A stretch of DNA of 64,000 nt from positions 434,001 through 498,000 of the forward strand of contig QPMI01000062.1 in the NCBI GenBank assembly GCA_004431415.1, read 5' to 3'. Made by a program: the position numbers and the translations under genes. The notes beneath the pieces were generated by a model that was not told where the DNA came from, searched no databases, and saw only the letters and a list, made by a program, of their open reading frames with translations. Each line of letters starts with the position of its first letter. Within the stretch, counting starts at the first letter, position 1. Origin of the DNA: Cyanophora paradoxa CCMP329 (Eukaryota > Plantae > Glaucophyta). Of this stretch, positions 1-12,600 are shown in pieces.

Positions 1-3000
1 GCCCGCCGCACCCGCCCCGATGCAGCCGCCCCCCGCGAGCAGCGCCGCAGGAGAGCTCGCAGCGGCACATTGTGCAGCAGGCGGATGGTGCGCATGAGAT
101 CCCGCTGCCCCCACCGCTTTCCCCTGCCCCGACCGCTTTCCCGACGCGCTGCTCTGCAGACGCGGAGCCGATGGCCGTCTGCAACTTCCTCGCGGCAAAG
201 CGCCCCCAGGGCGTGGCCCTCTCTGCTCGTGCGTTGCCCCTGCCCCTCCGACATCGGCGCCGGCGCCGACAGTCAGGGCGCGGCAGTGCCCCTGGACATC
301 GGCCTCCTGGACACGGCGCGCAGCTTCGATTACGCGCCGGCGGCCGGAGAGTCGCTCCGCCGGCGCTCGGCCGACGCGCAGGAGACCCGCGAGCGCGTCC
401 GCAGCGTCGCCCTGGAGCGCAAGCGGTGCGCCCTGCGGCCGCTCGCTCGCCACGCGAACACCACCCCGCCCGAGGCGCGGCCGGCAGGGAAGAGCTTGAG
501 CACTACCGCGAGTCGGGCCAGCGCACCGTCCGCCGGTACGGGCTGCCGCCTCGCGCGGCCCCGGTGGGTCCGGCCGGGCTGAGCGGCGGGGGGCAGGAAG
601 GGGAGCCGGCTCTTCCAGTACGTCTTCTACCGGCACCAGAAGCCGCTGAAGATCGACGAGCGGGAGGTGCGGCGCGTCGTGGAGGCCGTCCTGGAGCCGC
701 CCCCGGGCGAGCCCCACGCCCGCGTCACCGCCTCCAAGATCCTCATCAAGGCGCCCCCCGCTGCCCCGCCTCGAGCGCCCCCGCCCGCCGGCCGCCGGCT
801 GAGGCGCCGGGGGCGCAGATCATGATGGACATGTACAAGGGGGCGGCGGAGGCCGGGGCGACGCTGCCGGCGGCCGGCGAGGGGGCCTTCCTCCTCTCCC
901 TCTTCCTCGACATGCTCGCCTCCCGCGAGCCCGACACCCGCGCCCGTGCGGCCCCTCCCGCGCCGGGGGCGCGGCGCGGGGCGGCCGCGCCTGAGGGGCG
1001 GCAGACGCCTTCACGCTGCTCTTCAACCTGAGCGTGCACGCGCTCATGTGGGACGAGCCGCCCGAGGAGGAGGCGCCCGGCGGCGCGCCCGGCGGCGGCG
1101 GCTCCGGGGCGGGGGCGCCGAACGCGATCGACGAGGCGCTGCACGGGTACCTCTGCGAGATGCTCCTCGCCGTCCTTCACGCCGACGAGCGCGAGGAGCG
1201 CGTGCGCCCCGCCCCCCGCCCCGCCCTCCGCCCCGCGCGTCGGCTCGGGCCGAGGGGCGCCCCCCCGCAGGTCTGGTCGGCGGCCCTCACGTGCGCCCTC
1301 CACTTCTTGACCCACGACGGCCGCTTCGTGCCCGCCGGTCCGCCCCACCCGCCCCCGCCCCGCCCCCGCCCCGCCCGTCGGGCGACGGGCGGGCAGGCTG
1401 GAGGCGGTGGACGTGCGGGTGCTGGCGGCGCTGGCGGCGCGGGCGCCGGCGCTGTGCGCGCCGCGCGGGGCGTGGACGGGCCTCGCGGGGGCCGACCTCA
1501 TCCACGCCCGCCTCCTCGAGGCCCTCGCCAACCGCCTGTGCGCCCCCTCCCAACTTCCCCCCGCCCTCTGCGGCCCTTTCCGACGCGCTCGCCGCGGGCA
1601 GGTACCGGCGGGGCCCCGGGGAGAACGAGTGGGTGCTGGACGAGGGGGCGCTGGAGGCGGCCGGGGGCGTGGCGCTTCTGGGCGAGCAGCTCGCCGCCGC
1701 CCGCTCCGCCTCCGCCCGCCACAACCTCTTCGCCCTCCTCTGCGACGCGTGCGCCCCGCCCGCCCGCCCGCTCCGCGGCGCAGCCCCGAGCCGCCCGCCC
1801 CGCAGGCTCTTCCTGGCGGCGGGGCGCGGCCGGGGCCGGCCCTTCCCGCCCGAGGAGGGGCCCGTGCTGGCGGAGCTGCTGTGGCGCGTGGGGGCCCCGA
1901 CGCCCTCGCCCTCCTCTTCCGCCTCCCCTCCCCGCCTTCCCCGACGCCGCCCTCCAGTGCGCCCCCGCGGCTCCCCGAGCTCGCTGCGCGCCGCCCCTCA
2001 CGCGGCGCCAGGCTCATCTTCGGGACGGGCGCTCGCCGCCGCGGTCGGACCTGGCGGCGCTCGCGGGGCGCGTCTCGCGGGAGGCGGCGGCCGGCGTGCT
2101 GCGGGGCGCGCTGCGTGCCGCGCAGGCCCTCCACCGCGTCCCCGACGAGCTGCGGGAGGCGCCGCCCGGCCTGGCGCCCGCCCAGCTCCGCCAGCGCCGC
2201 ACCGCCCTCGTCGCCACCCTCGCCGCCTCGCCCGCCGCCGCCGACCGCCGCCACGTCACCGTCCGCCCCGCCCGCGCCGCACCTGCCCGGCCGGGCCCGC
2301 CTCACCGCCCGCGCAGGCGTGGCTGGTGGAGCTGCTGCGGCCGCTGTACGAGGGCCCGGCAGGCGGCGCGCGCCCCGTCGACGAGTCGGAGGCCGAGGCG
2401 CTCCTCTCCTCCCTCGCCGCCGTGCCCTCCCCCGCTCCAATCCTCTCCCCTCTCTGCCCCGTCCGACCGCCGCGGGGCGCGCAGTCGCGGGCGCCGGAGG
2501 CCCGCCGCGTCTACGTCGCCGTCGCCGAGCGCCTCGCCCTCGGCCTCTTCTACGCGGTACCCCCCCTTTGCCTCCCGCGTACCCCGCCCCGGCGCTGAGG
2601 CGGGCGGGCGGGCGGGCGTGCAGGGCCGGACCGCCGCCGTCGGGCCGCTGCTGGGCGGCCTCCTCGGCAAGCTCGTCACGCGCGGCGAGCGCGACGAGGC
2701 GCGCGTACCCCCCCCCCCCCCCCCCCAACCCGGGCCTGACGGGGCGCAGGCGGCGCTGCTGGCGGCGATGGACGCGCTGGCGACGTTCCTCGTGCGAGCG
2801 GAGCGGGCGCCCCTCGTCGGCGCCTTCGCCGTCGGCGGCTGCGACACGGCGTACGGGGCGCTGCTGGAGGGCCAGGCCGGCGTCTGCGGGGCCCTCCTCG
2901 CCGAGGTCGACGCCCGCTTCCTGCTCCACCTCGCCACCTCCCTCTCCCCGCGCTCCTCCGCGGACGCCCGCGCCGCGGCCCTCGCCCTCCTCCTCCGCAA

Positions 3001-3365
3001 GTGCCGCGCGCAGCCCGAGGCCCTCGCCTCCCTCGGCGGCGCCCCGCGCATCGCCGCCCTCCTCGACACCGAGCGCGACCCGCGGGGCCTCCTGTGCGCG
3101 CATCCCGCCCGCCCCTCGCCCCCAACGCCGACCGGGGGCCGGGGCGGGCAGGATGCTGAGCGAGTTTGTGCTGGAGGCGATGCGGGACGAGCCGGCGAGC
3201 GAGGCGCAGCTGGCGCTCGCCCTACGCGCCGCCCGCGAGGCCGGCGACCCCGAGCTCCTCTCCAACCCCTACCTCCAGGCCCGCGCCCTCCTCCAGTCCG
3301 CCCAGCCGTACCCCTCGCTACCCCCCACCCCGGCCTCCGCCTCGGGGGCCGGGCCCTCCTTCTAG
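1..3365 (+). CDS. CLoG1-like (Conditional Loss-of-Growth 1 / At3g12590-type) helical-repeat protein; multi-exon, 5' end probably outside window
   Basis: Spliced peptides RLFQYVFYRHQKPLKIDEREVRRVVEAV...ASKILIK/IMMDMY...LDMLASREPDTRAHAFTLLFNLSVHA and the C-terminus LALALRAAREAGDPELLSNPYLQARALLQ resemble blocks I recall from the plant family (FQYRHY..QPL, VLIKLVIDMY, RVRAFDLILNLGVHA, LLENPYLQMRGILQ). Stop TAG at 3363-3365. Several indels in C/G runs. Confidence 0.7.
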
Positions 3366-3755
3366 GCTCCGTTTTTTCAAGAGATTCTTTTGCGTTCTGA
3401 CGACGATCTCGATTGAAATCGAGGCGGGGGTGCGGCTTGCGAGACCGGGGATTTCGCCTAGGGCTCTAACGTCAATCATCTGCGGGCCCTCGCCAATTAT
3501 CTGCGTGTCTGGCGGCACGTGTGCACGCCGCTAACGGCGCCAAACGCAAGTTCAATTTTCAACACACGGGGGGGTAGAGCAGCGAAGGCCTGTCCCGTCA
3601 CCGCGTGAGCTGCGCGTTAGCTAGAAGATCTTCACGATCCGTGCATCCTTGCACCTGGCTAAGTTGCGCGCTCGCAAGCGAAGCGAGAGGCACAGCAGGA
3701 GCGCACGAGTGAGGAGAGCACCCGCGGCGCCCGGCAGAGCGAGCTGCCGCCCGGC

Positions 3756-4905
3756 ATGAAGCGCAGAACGACGGACGATGAAGGAGAGGACGAGCGGGCG
3801 CCGAGCAGCAGGCGGCGCTGCGATGAGGAGGACGGCAGCGCTGCCGGGGACGTCGGCTCTTCCAACGGGGACGATCCGCGCGATGCGGGCGCCGAGGAAG
3901 CGGACGTCGAGCGGGCACCTAGGCGAAATACAGCCTTCACCTCCCTACCTTCACTCCGCACGCGCCGCAGAGTGCCTTCCCTGAGACCAATCTACGCGGC
4001 CCGCGCTTGACGCAGGTGACGCAGGGGATGCGCGCCGAGCGCGAAGAGCGGGAGGAGGAGCGGGACAAGGGCGAGAGCGAGGATCCGCTCGCGCTGCAGG
4101 GGGAGCCCATCGGCGCCGGGACGGGGCTCTCGGGCGCCGTCGCGCTGCGAGCCGCATCGCTGTCTCGCCCCTCTTCTTCGCTGCCCGTTCTCCCCTTAGA
4201 TCGCGGCGAGGGATCGGTGCACGTCGCGCGGCGCTGCCTGCTCTGCGAGCTCGAGCGTAGCTAACCGTCGTCCCCAACCCGCCGCAGGGCTCCGGCGGGG
4301 GCGTTTACGGCGGGGCACGGGCGCTGAGCTCGCGCGCACTTCGGCCGCCACGGACACCAGCTAGCCGCCTTGCGGCGTCTTCAGCGGGGTCGAGCGGCCT
4401 GAACGAGGGCGGGCCCGTGCTCATGTGCACGCCCGGCGCCCGCCGAGCGCCCCGCCCCGGCGGCTCGGACGCGGCGAGCGCTCTGGAGGGCGGGCCGGAC
4501 CCCTCCCAGAGTGCGCCGGCATCGGAGTTGTACTCGTGCTTCTTCTACGCGCCGCCCCCCTGCGCAGGCGGGCTCCCCCCTCATTCCCTCCGCCCCGCGC
4601 GTCTCTCCCCAGCCCGTCTTGACGGGGCGGCAGGGGGCGGGGCGCCGGAGGTCTCGCTGAGGAGGGCGGGGGCGGGCCGCGGGGTGGCCGTGGCGTGTCC
4701 CCCGACCCTCCTCGAGCTACGGGCCCTCGCCTCGAAGGCGCCTCCCGGCCGCCGCCCGGCCCGGCGGCCGCCGCTGACGGCGGGGCGGCGGCAGGTGCTC
4801 GGGGGGCGGGTGGGGCGGGTGGAGGACGCGGCGGGGCGGGCCCTCACATGCAACGCCGACCTCCTCGCCGCCGGCCCGGGCGCCGTCCTCTACTGCTCCG
4901 AGTGA
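3756..4905 (+). CDS. Hypothetical protein: low-complexity acidic/Ser-rich N-terminus, C-terminal KHA/DCX-like ubiquitin-fold domain
   Basis: ATG at 3756 (MKRRTTDDEGEDE...) with consistent short introns. The last exons give VSLRRAGAGRGVAVACPPTLLELRALASK/VLGGRVGRVEDAAGRALTCNADLLAAGPGAVLYCSE*, which follows the KHA-domain pattern by eye. Confidence 0.45.
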
Positions 4906-5366
4906 CTCGGTGACTGCTCGGACCGCCGCGCCCCCCGTCCAGCGCTGCAAGTTATGAACCGTGCCGCACTTCATTTCAAATGAACTTCATGATGCTATGA
5001 TGCTATGATACATGATCGATACTTTTACCTAAATGCACTGCCGAATCCGTCTATCTGCAAGCCTTGAAGGCCGCCGGGCTATGCCGCCGGGCCGTCTTAG
5101 TCTGACGTACTACATATGCATCAAAAGAAAGGGCTCCGGGGTATGAAAAGAAACTTGAAATTGAAGGGCGGACGCCGTTATGCATGATCGAACACTATTC
5201 ACAGGGTGCCCGGCTTCTGGCTGGGGCTTCGAATCGCGAAGAAGAGGCCCGGGGCCGCCGGCGGGCGCCTACTTCCAGACGGGGGTGACGGGCCCCGGCT
5301 TGACCTGCCACTTGCGGCGGATCATCGCGCGCTCCACGAACGGGATCGACCTGCGGGGGCAGCGGG

Positions 5367-7430
5367 TCAGAGCGGGTGCCCGGGCTGCAGGCTAGGGGCG
5401 AGGGCGGACCAGAGGGCCTTCATGACGAGGAGGGCCATCAGCGGGACCGTGGACATGATGGAGATGGGGGGCAGGCCCCCCGGCCACGTGCTCGTCTTGG
5501 GCCACGAGCGCGCCCCTGCCCCCCGGAGTGAGTGAGGGGGAGGGGGGAAGGGGGGCCGGGGGGGTAGGGGCGGCACCGGTGGCGAGGACGTGCCCGCAGG
5601 TGAGAAAGACGCAGAAGTAGCCGAGCCAGCTCTGCACGAAGTGCCACTGCCGGCGAACGAAGTCAGGGGGGGCCGGGCCGGGGCAGAGGGATGCGGGGCG
5701 GGGGACGCGGTGACCTCCTTCCAGGACATGGTGCGGGCGACGGAGGGGAGGGAGGTGACGCCGACGAGGACGAAGAGGAGGAGCGCGCAGGCGCCGAGCA
5801 GCACGCTCGCCTCCCCGTCGATGTTGAACTTGGGCAGCACGGCGCTCACGTCCACCTCGAAGAACTTGCTGTAGACGGCGGGGGAGATGAGCGCGAGGGA
5901 GAGCACGGCGTGCAGGCCCGCCAGCGCCAGGCCCAGCAGCCTGCGCCGCCCCGACGGGCGCTCAGGAGGCGGCGCCGGCGGCGGCGCGGGCCGGGGGCGC
6001 ACCCGATCTGCTTGCGGATCTCGAGCCAGGCGACGAGGGGCGAGGGGAGCGGGGGCCGCATCGCCCACGCGACGAGGCCCGGCAGGTACACGAGGGCCAG
6101 GTTCTGGCAGGCGATCCACGCGACGGCCTTGTTCCCGATGAAGAGGGGCGCGTGGTGCGCCGGGATCCGGTCGTAGTGGTGATACCTGGCCCCGCCCCGG
6201 CCCCGCCGCGTCACACGGGGAGGGCCGACGGGCGGGGCGGGACGGGGGGTACCGCACCGGACGATGGAGTAGAGGATGGGCCAGAGGGCGGCGATCCCCG
6301 TGAAGAGGAGGGCCCTGCCCCACTTGGAGAAGAAGGCGAAGGGGAGGGCCTCCTGGCGGGGGGCGGCGCGCAGCGAGCCGAAGTGGACGGGGGAGTAGCC
6401 CATCGCCTTGGCCATCTCGGAGACCGCCTGCTCGGCGTGCCCGTGGTCCCCCGCAATCGCCACCTCGGGCGCCTGCGTCCCCAGCGTCTCCAGCGCCTCG
6501 ATCTCGTACGCCGAGAGCGTGTTGAACGCCTTCGCCTGCCGCGTCCGGGGGGATCGGCGAGGGCCGAGGGGCGGGGATGCGCGGGGGGCGGGGCGGACCA
6601 GGTAGGCGTCCTTGGGGAGCATGGCGGCGACCTGCTCGGCGCAGGAGGGGGCGCCGGGCGGGCGGCGGCGCCCGTGGAGCTCGGCGGCGTTGCAGCAGTC
6701 GACGACGACGCGGCCGGCGAGGGCCCCCCCGCAGCGCGCCAGCGTCTCCCGCATCGCCGCGAAGGGCACGGCGAGGAGCACGACGTCGCCGGCCTGCGCC
6801 GCCGCCTCCAGCGGCAGCCGCGTCGCCGCCGAGTTCAGCCTGCGCCCCGCCGGAGTTCAGGGTGGGGCGGGAGGGGCGAGTGGGGCGGGGGGCGCGCTTG
6901 GCGAGGACGGCGTCGTCGGAGCAGGTGAAGTTGAGGTTCTGCTGCCGCCCGCTGCGGCTCCCGAACACCACCTCGTAACCGGCCTGCCGCAGGGCGATCC
7001 ACGCCCCGTCAGGCACTCCGAGCCGGGGGCAGCGCGAGGCGTGGGTCTAAACCTCACCTGGTGGAGGCGCGTTGCGAGGGCCACGCCCATCCGGCCCGTC
7101 CCCAGGATCGCTGGTCGCGGGCAGCCGTCAGCGGGGGCGGGCAGGCCTGGCGCCGGGGCGGGGCGGGGCGGCCTCACCGACGCGGGGCTTGAAGGAGGGG
7201 TCGGCGGAGCCGCGGCGGGAGCTGCCCGGGCTCATCGTGCTCTCCGGCGACATGCTGCTCTTCGCCGCGTGCGCGGACACCGGCAGGACGGCGATGTCAC
7301 CCCCGGCGCCGGCAGGCGACGCCGCCCCAGCGAGCGGGCCGTCCACCACGACGTGCACCTTGGCCCCGCCGAAGGCCGCGGGCCCAGGCGCAACGCTGGG
7401 CGTAGAGGGGCGCCGCATGAACGTCGCCAT
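5367..7430 (-). CDS. STEAP: STEAP2/3/4-type metalloreductase (N-terminal FNO-like NADPH oxidoreductase plus 6-TM heme ferric-reductase domain)
   Basis: Spliced motifs ILGTGRMG, VVFGSR, VVVDCCN, SCAEQVA, KAFNTLSAY in the N-domain. WLEIRKQIG-LLG, GLHAVLS (His ligand), GVTSLPSVARTMSWKE-WHFVQSWLGY and CGHVL (second His) in the TM domain. Possible alternative start at 7544. Confidence 0.9.
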
Positions 7431-7981
7431 CGCCGGTGAGGCCGAGTGATGCTGGCGCTTCGAACAAGAGGTGACAGGACGAATTCGACTCTGGATCGCA
7501 GCGAGCGATGCCCGAGAACGCCGGAGCGAGGCGATGGAGAGCATTTTATACCCGCCACACGTACGTACACGCGTCGGAGTGACATGCGGCAGACCTAAGA
7601 GGAGCACGTACGTGGTGGCTTGAAAGCTGCATCGCCCTCCGAACACCGATCTGGCGCACGGGCGCGCGCGCCCTCTGGCACTTGAAAGCACGCCGTTTGA
7701 GCGGAGGCGCGCGCCCCCTGCGGCGATCTGTGTACAGAAGCGACAGCTGTCAGCGGCGGGAGGTGCCGCAGCACTGCGTGCGAGCACGTGGAGGCGGGCA
7801 GATCGACAATCAAGTGCCACGTCGGCAACTCGCGGGTGCTATCGGCGCGGGTCGGGCATTGCGCTCTCAACGCGCATATGTCGCAGGCTCCGCGCTGCGC
7901 TGCAGTCTGCAAGCGACTTCAAGCGCTTTCGCGTCGAAATTCGCGTCGTCAATTTCGCGAATACGCAGGGGTACGTCATAA

Positions 7982-9002
7982 ATGATGGCTGACGCGGCGA
8001 AGGAGCCGGAAGCCCCCGCGGCCAGCAGCTCCACGCAGGGCGAGACTGCGCTGTCGAGTCCATGGACGATCTGGTTTGATCGCAAGGTGAGCAGACCCGG
8101 GTGATCGCGCGACGAAGCGCTAACAGCTCACTTCCTCGTTCGCTGCGTGGCGTCGCTAGCTGTCGAAGGAGCAGAGCGCGAACTATGTGGCCAACCTGCA
8201 GCGCCTCGGGACCTTTGCGTCCGCGGAGGAGTTCTGGCGCTACTACGCACACCTGCAGCCGCCGTCGGCGTTGGAGGTCAACAGCAACTTCCACGTGCGC
8301 GAGCTTGCCGCCGCTTGCGGCCTTGCGCTCTCCCTCTGCGCCCCCTGATCGCCGCCAGGTCTTCCGCGAGCACCTGATGCCCGCATGGGAGGCCTTCCCC
8401 AGCGGCGGCTGCTGGATCTACTCGCTCAAGAAGAAGCCAGACCAGAAGTCTGAGCTCCTTGATCGCCTCTGGGAGGAGCTAGTGCGCTGCGCTCGCGATC
8501 TATGCACTTTGCGTGGAACGCTTAACGACCTCGTGTGCAGCTTCTGGCGACCATCGGCGAGCAGTTTGAGGACTGCGATGAGGGTGCGGGCTTCAGTTTA
8601 GCACGGTTGTGCGTTATCTGATCGTGCCTCCCCGTAGTGTGCGGCATCGTCCTCAGCATCCGCACCAAGGAGGACAAGATCTGCGGTTCGCCACGGGCCC
8701 GCAGTGCCCGGCGTGCGCTATAGCTAAGCTTTTCTTTCTCTTCTTCTGTAGTGTGGAACCGTGACAACCAGAGTGCTCCGGACGCGTACCTTCGGATCGG
8801 GTCTGTGATTCCCTCGCTCTCGTGTTTTCTGCTCGCGTGGCGCTCACGCCGTAGCCACAGCAACGCTCTCAAGGACGTCCTGAAGCTTGGCCCCAACGCG
8901 AAAATGGAGTACAAGGAGCACGCGAAGAGTCTCCTGGACGGGAGCACGTACCGGGGCGCGCGCCCCTGGATCGTGGTGGCTTCCGACGTGAACGCCAAGT
9001 GA
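7982..9002 (+). CDS. eIF4E: eIF4E-family cap-binding protein, 4EHP/nCBP-like; 7 exons
   Basis: SSPWTIWFDRK..NYVANLQRLGTFASAEEFWRYYAHL..NFHVFREHLMPAWE..GGCW..LWEELLLATIGEQF..VCGIVLSIRTKEDKICVWN..LKLGPNAKMEYKEH; six short GT-AG introns. Confidence 0.92.
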
Positions 9003-9673
9003 AGAGCGTGTGAAGCTCACAAGCACGGATGTAATCTAAGCTCCGAGCCACTCTTGCCATAGCCCACCCTCGCAGGCTTCTAGGCCTACACCCCCCCTTT
9101 CCCTCTGAATTCCATTTTCTTGCAGCATACAGCACGCTATGTATCTAGTTAGACAGGTTGATCTTATCAAAGTCGATGTCTCTTTTCAGGACCAGTCTTG
9201 CCCCGCGCCGTCAGCATGCATGCGCACTGCGGCACTTGCCCCGCACGCCACAAGCACAGCTGGGCGCGCGCGCACATGCGCACTGCGGCGCCGGCCCGGC
9301 GGCGCGCCGATATGATCGATATAACATGATCGGAGGCCGGGCCGGGGCCAGCTGCGGCGAAGGCGTACGGCGAGGGGTCGGCTCCCTCCGTCGCCACTTC
9401 GACCGCGCGCAGGAGCGGCGGCGTGGCGCTCGGCCTAGGTCTGGCGCGGCCAGCCGGGAGCGTGCGCACGCGCGCTGGTGCATAGGGCATTATTGCCAGC
9501 GTTCCAGCAGCGTAGCTTCCCACCGATCGAGCGCAGCTTAGCTGAGCGATAGGACAGCGCCGGCAACCGGCGCCTGCGTGCGCTCGGCAGAGCGCTTTCA
9601 CCTTGGAGGACGCGTACACAAAGCCGCGTGTCCAGGCGCGCTCTGCAGCTAGAGCGTGGAGCGTCGCGCGGAG

Positions 9674-12600
9674 ATGCCGAAGCCGCGGCGGCGCTCCCGC
9701 TCGAACACCCCAGAGCGAAGCGGCTCTGAGGAGCCAGAGGAAGATCGTCAACAGCCGTCAGTCCCCCGCGCTCCGCTTTCTCACAATCTCTGCTGACTGC
9801 GGCGCATCCAGACCTGATGACGATGAGGCGAACGAGGAGGAGCAGGAAGAGGAGGAAGAGTTCGCCGAGCCACCGGTCAAAGCTAGCATCGAGTACGATG
9901 GCCCTCAAACTTGGGAAGAAGTCCAGGAGGAGGAGGAGTACTTCGAGGTGCCGATGGAGAATGACGCCCTTGTTCTGGACGATGCAGAAGAGCAGATTGA
10001 GATCGACGAAAACACTGACCCCTTGACGGGAAGGTACGCTAGAGTTTTAAGCTCCTCTCTGCAATTCTGATCCGATGCACACAGGCCCATTTCTCAACTG
10101 CTGGCTGAAGCGAGAGAGGAGGGTGATGATGAACAAGAGGATGAAGACGGAGCCCGTGCGACAAAAAGTCGGCTAACATCTCAGCCAGGGATGTCCCTGT
10201 TGGCCGAGGATTTCGATCCTGTGCAGTATTTTTGCACTGTGCATGCAGCCACTTCCTTCGAGGACCTCCAAGAAGGGCTGGATCGCCTACGTCGTATTGT
10301 GACCGATCAGGCTCAGCAGCTCAAATCGCTTCTCAAGCAACACTTTCACAACTATGTGGCCTGTAAAGAGGCTGTTGAAAGTATAATCATCTCATTTTGG
10401 TTCAAGACAATATAAGCCTTAATCAACCATGTTCAGATATGCAAAGGGAACTTTCGGAGCTTGAGGGCCCAAACATTTTCGTTCAGGGCAACAGCGAGTC
10501 TCTGCAGCAGGCATTCAACGGTATGTCACCCAATTCCCCTTTAAAAAACTGCAGCACTCTAAGAGTCCTCACAGAGGTGTACAAAATTGCATGTCAAATT
10601 TACGACCCCATCATCCAGAGGAAGCAGTTCTCAGATGATGCAAGGAGCGCCCTCCAGCTGCTCCGCAGAATCAACTTTGCCCTTAGTCTACCAGGCCAGT
10701 TGGACGAGCAGTTTGCAAACGTGAGTACTTCTCTAAGAAATAAATCATCCAACCACCTTTCTTCTCACTGTGCTGGCACTGCTTGGCAGCACGAGTATGA
10801 GGGCATCGTGCGAACCCACCAGAAAGCAATGAGTCTGCTCCAGGATTCGAAGGTGCTTGATTAGACATGGTTTTGCCTTTCCTCTGATTGCTGTGTTCCA
10901 GGTTCCACTCCTTCAAAAAGTACTCGAGGAAGTCCAGAAGAAAGTGGATAAGATCCAGCAAACCTTCCTTGACAAGATGGGTGATGCAGCAACCTCGGAG
11001 GAAGAAGCTCTTCGACTTGCTTCATGTGTCCGTGATCTGTCACCAAAGGGGGAGCTGCTTGGACTCATCCTGCAAAGAAAGCTCTCTGTTGCCACGACAG
11101 CCCTCAGGTCGATTCAGCTGTCTTCCCGAGACAGGTTTGTGGACGAGGCCACAAGAGCGTTGTGCACACACGCTTCTTCAATCCCAGTTGTGGCCGATGC
11201 GGTCAGCGGGAAGAAGTCCCTGTCATCAGTTTCTGCTGCGGAAGTCAAGCAGCAGGTTACGGAAACGATCTCTTCTGTGTTCCAGGAGTACGCTAGCCTG
11301 ATCAACCGATGCATAGCAGGTGAGACTGTTCCGATTTCTCTAATTTCCAACGCTGAGGAGTCCATCAAAGACACAGATTCTATCGAGAAGGATGTTGTGC
11401 TTGCGGTTCAGGCAAGCACTTGATGACTAAATCGTTGCTTCGATCGGCTTACCTGTCTGCAGAGAGCATGTGTGACAATTGTGGAGGGTACAAATGCAAA
11501 GCTGCTTGGAAAGAGAATGGAGATATTCACGGCAACAGTGATACAGCAGTTTGTTCTTTCCATGTGGGCCAGCTGCAACAACGGTGATGTTCCTTCAGTG
11601 TCTGTGGGGGCAGCATCTTGACCTTGGCAGCAGACTTGGTCCTCGTCGCTCTCAATGCAGCTGAAGGTCAGCTTGTGGAAGGGTTTTCGTCAACAATCCA
11701 AGCAACCATTGAAAGATCGAGGGGCATTGAATACAACCCTGCTAATGCAATGTTGATTCTCAAGTGTGCTGCTTTACATCGGCATAAAGGACATTAGTGT
11801 GAACTGATCGCTATCCTGCAGGTCCTTCCAAGATTGCTCTCTTGCTTTTTTCGACACGCTCCATCCACAGTTGATGACATCTGCTGCATTTCAGGTCCGA
11901 AATCGCGCGAGGGCAATGATTTCATCTAGTTGAGAGCTGCTGTGCAGATTGCATCTGCTACATCAAAGCTGGCATCGGCTGAGCTGAAGGCCCAATGGGA
12001 CAAGCTCGCCCGCTGCTTGTCGAAGGAGATTCTCGCATCTGATCCCTCTTATCTTCAGGTACCTGATATCGTCAATTTCGTTTGTCTTTCACATGGTTGA
12101 GGAGCGATACTGCAGGTCGTTCAAGAGGCTTGCGGTCACCTGCATGACCTTGCGATCGATTCGATTGGGCGGCAGCTGTGCAAGGCAATCACGAGCAAGT
12201 GCCACGAGGGGCTCCGCGTACCTGCATCCTCAATGAGCGAAGGTCTGTGGTTGACACACGAAAAAAAGGCAGTTGCTTTTCCTAACTCCGTGCAGACATC
12301 CGTGGATTTCTGGTACAAATTCTGCTCGGGTTTGTGGAGCTGCGAACAAAGCTGGAGGAGAGCTTCGGTCCCGTGATTCGACTCGGCATGCGACACTTGC
12401 TCAACACATACGCTGAGATTGCGTATGAGTGCGAACGAGATTCTGACCTGGCTGTCAGTGCTGTATTTTGCCATGCATCCTTTCTGTGCTAAGTTTCGTG
12501 CAGGAATCCCTAAACTTCGAGTTCCGCTTCCTACTTGCTATCTCAGCGCGTGAGGAAGGGAGAGGGTCCCGCTCGTCGTCAAGCGAGTCAAGCCAGAACT

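Noticed and set aside
1500-2100. Frameshifts in CLoG1-like (also CABIN1 and the surface protein) as pseudogenes
   Set aside because: They fall in C/G homopolymer runs while conserved motifs and splice sites stay intact; sequencing or assembly indels are more likely.
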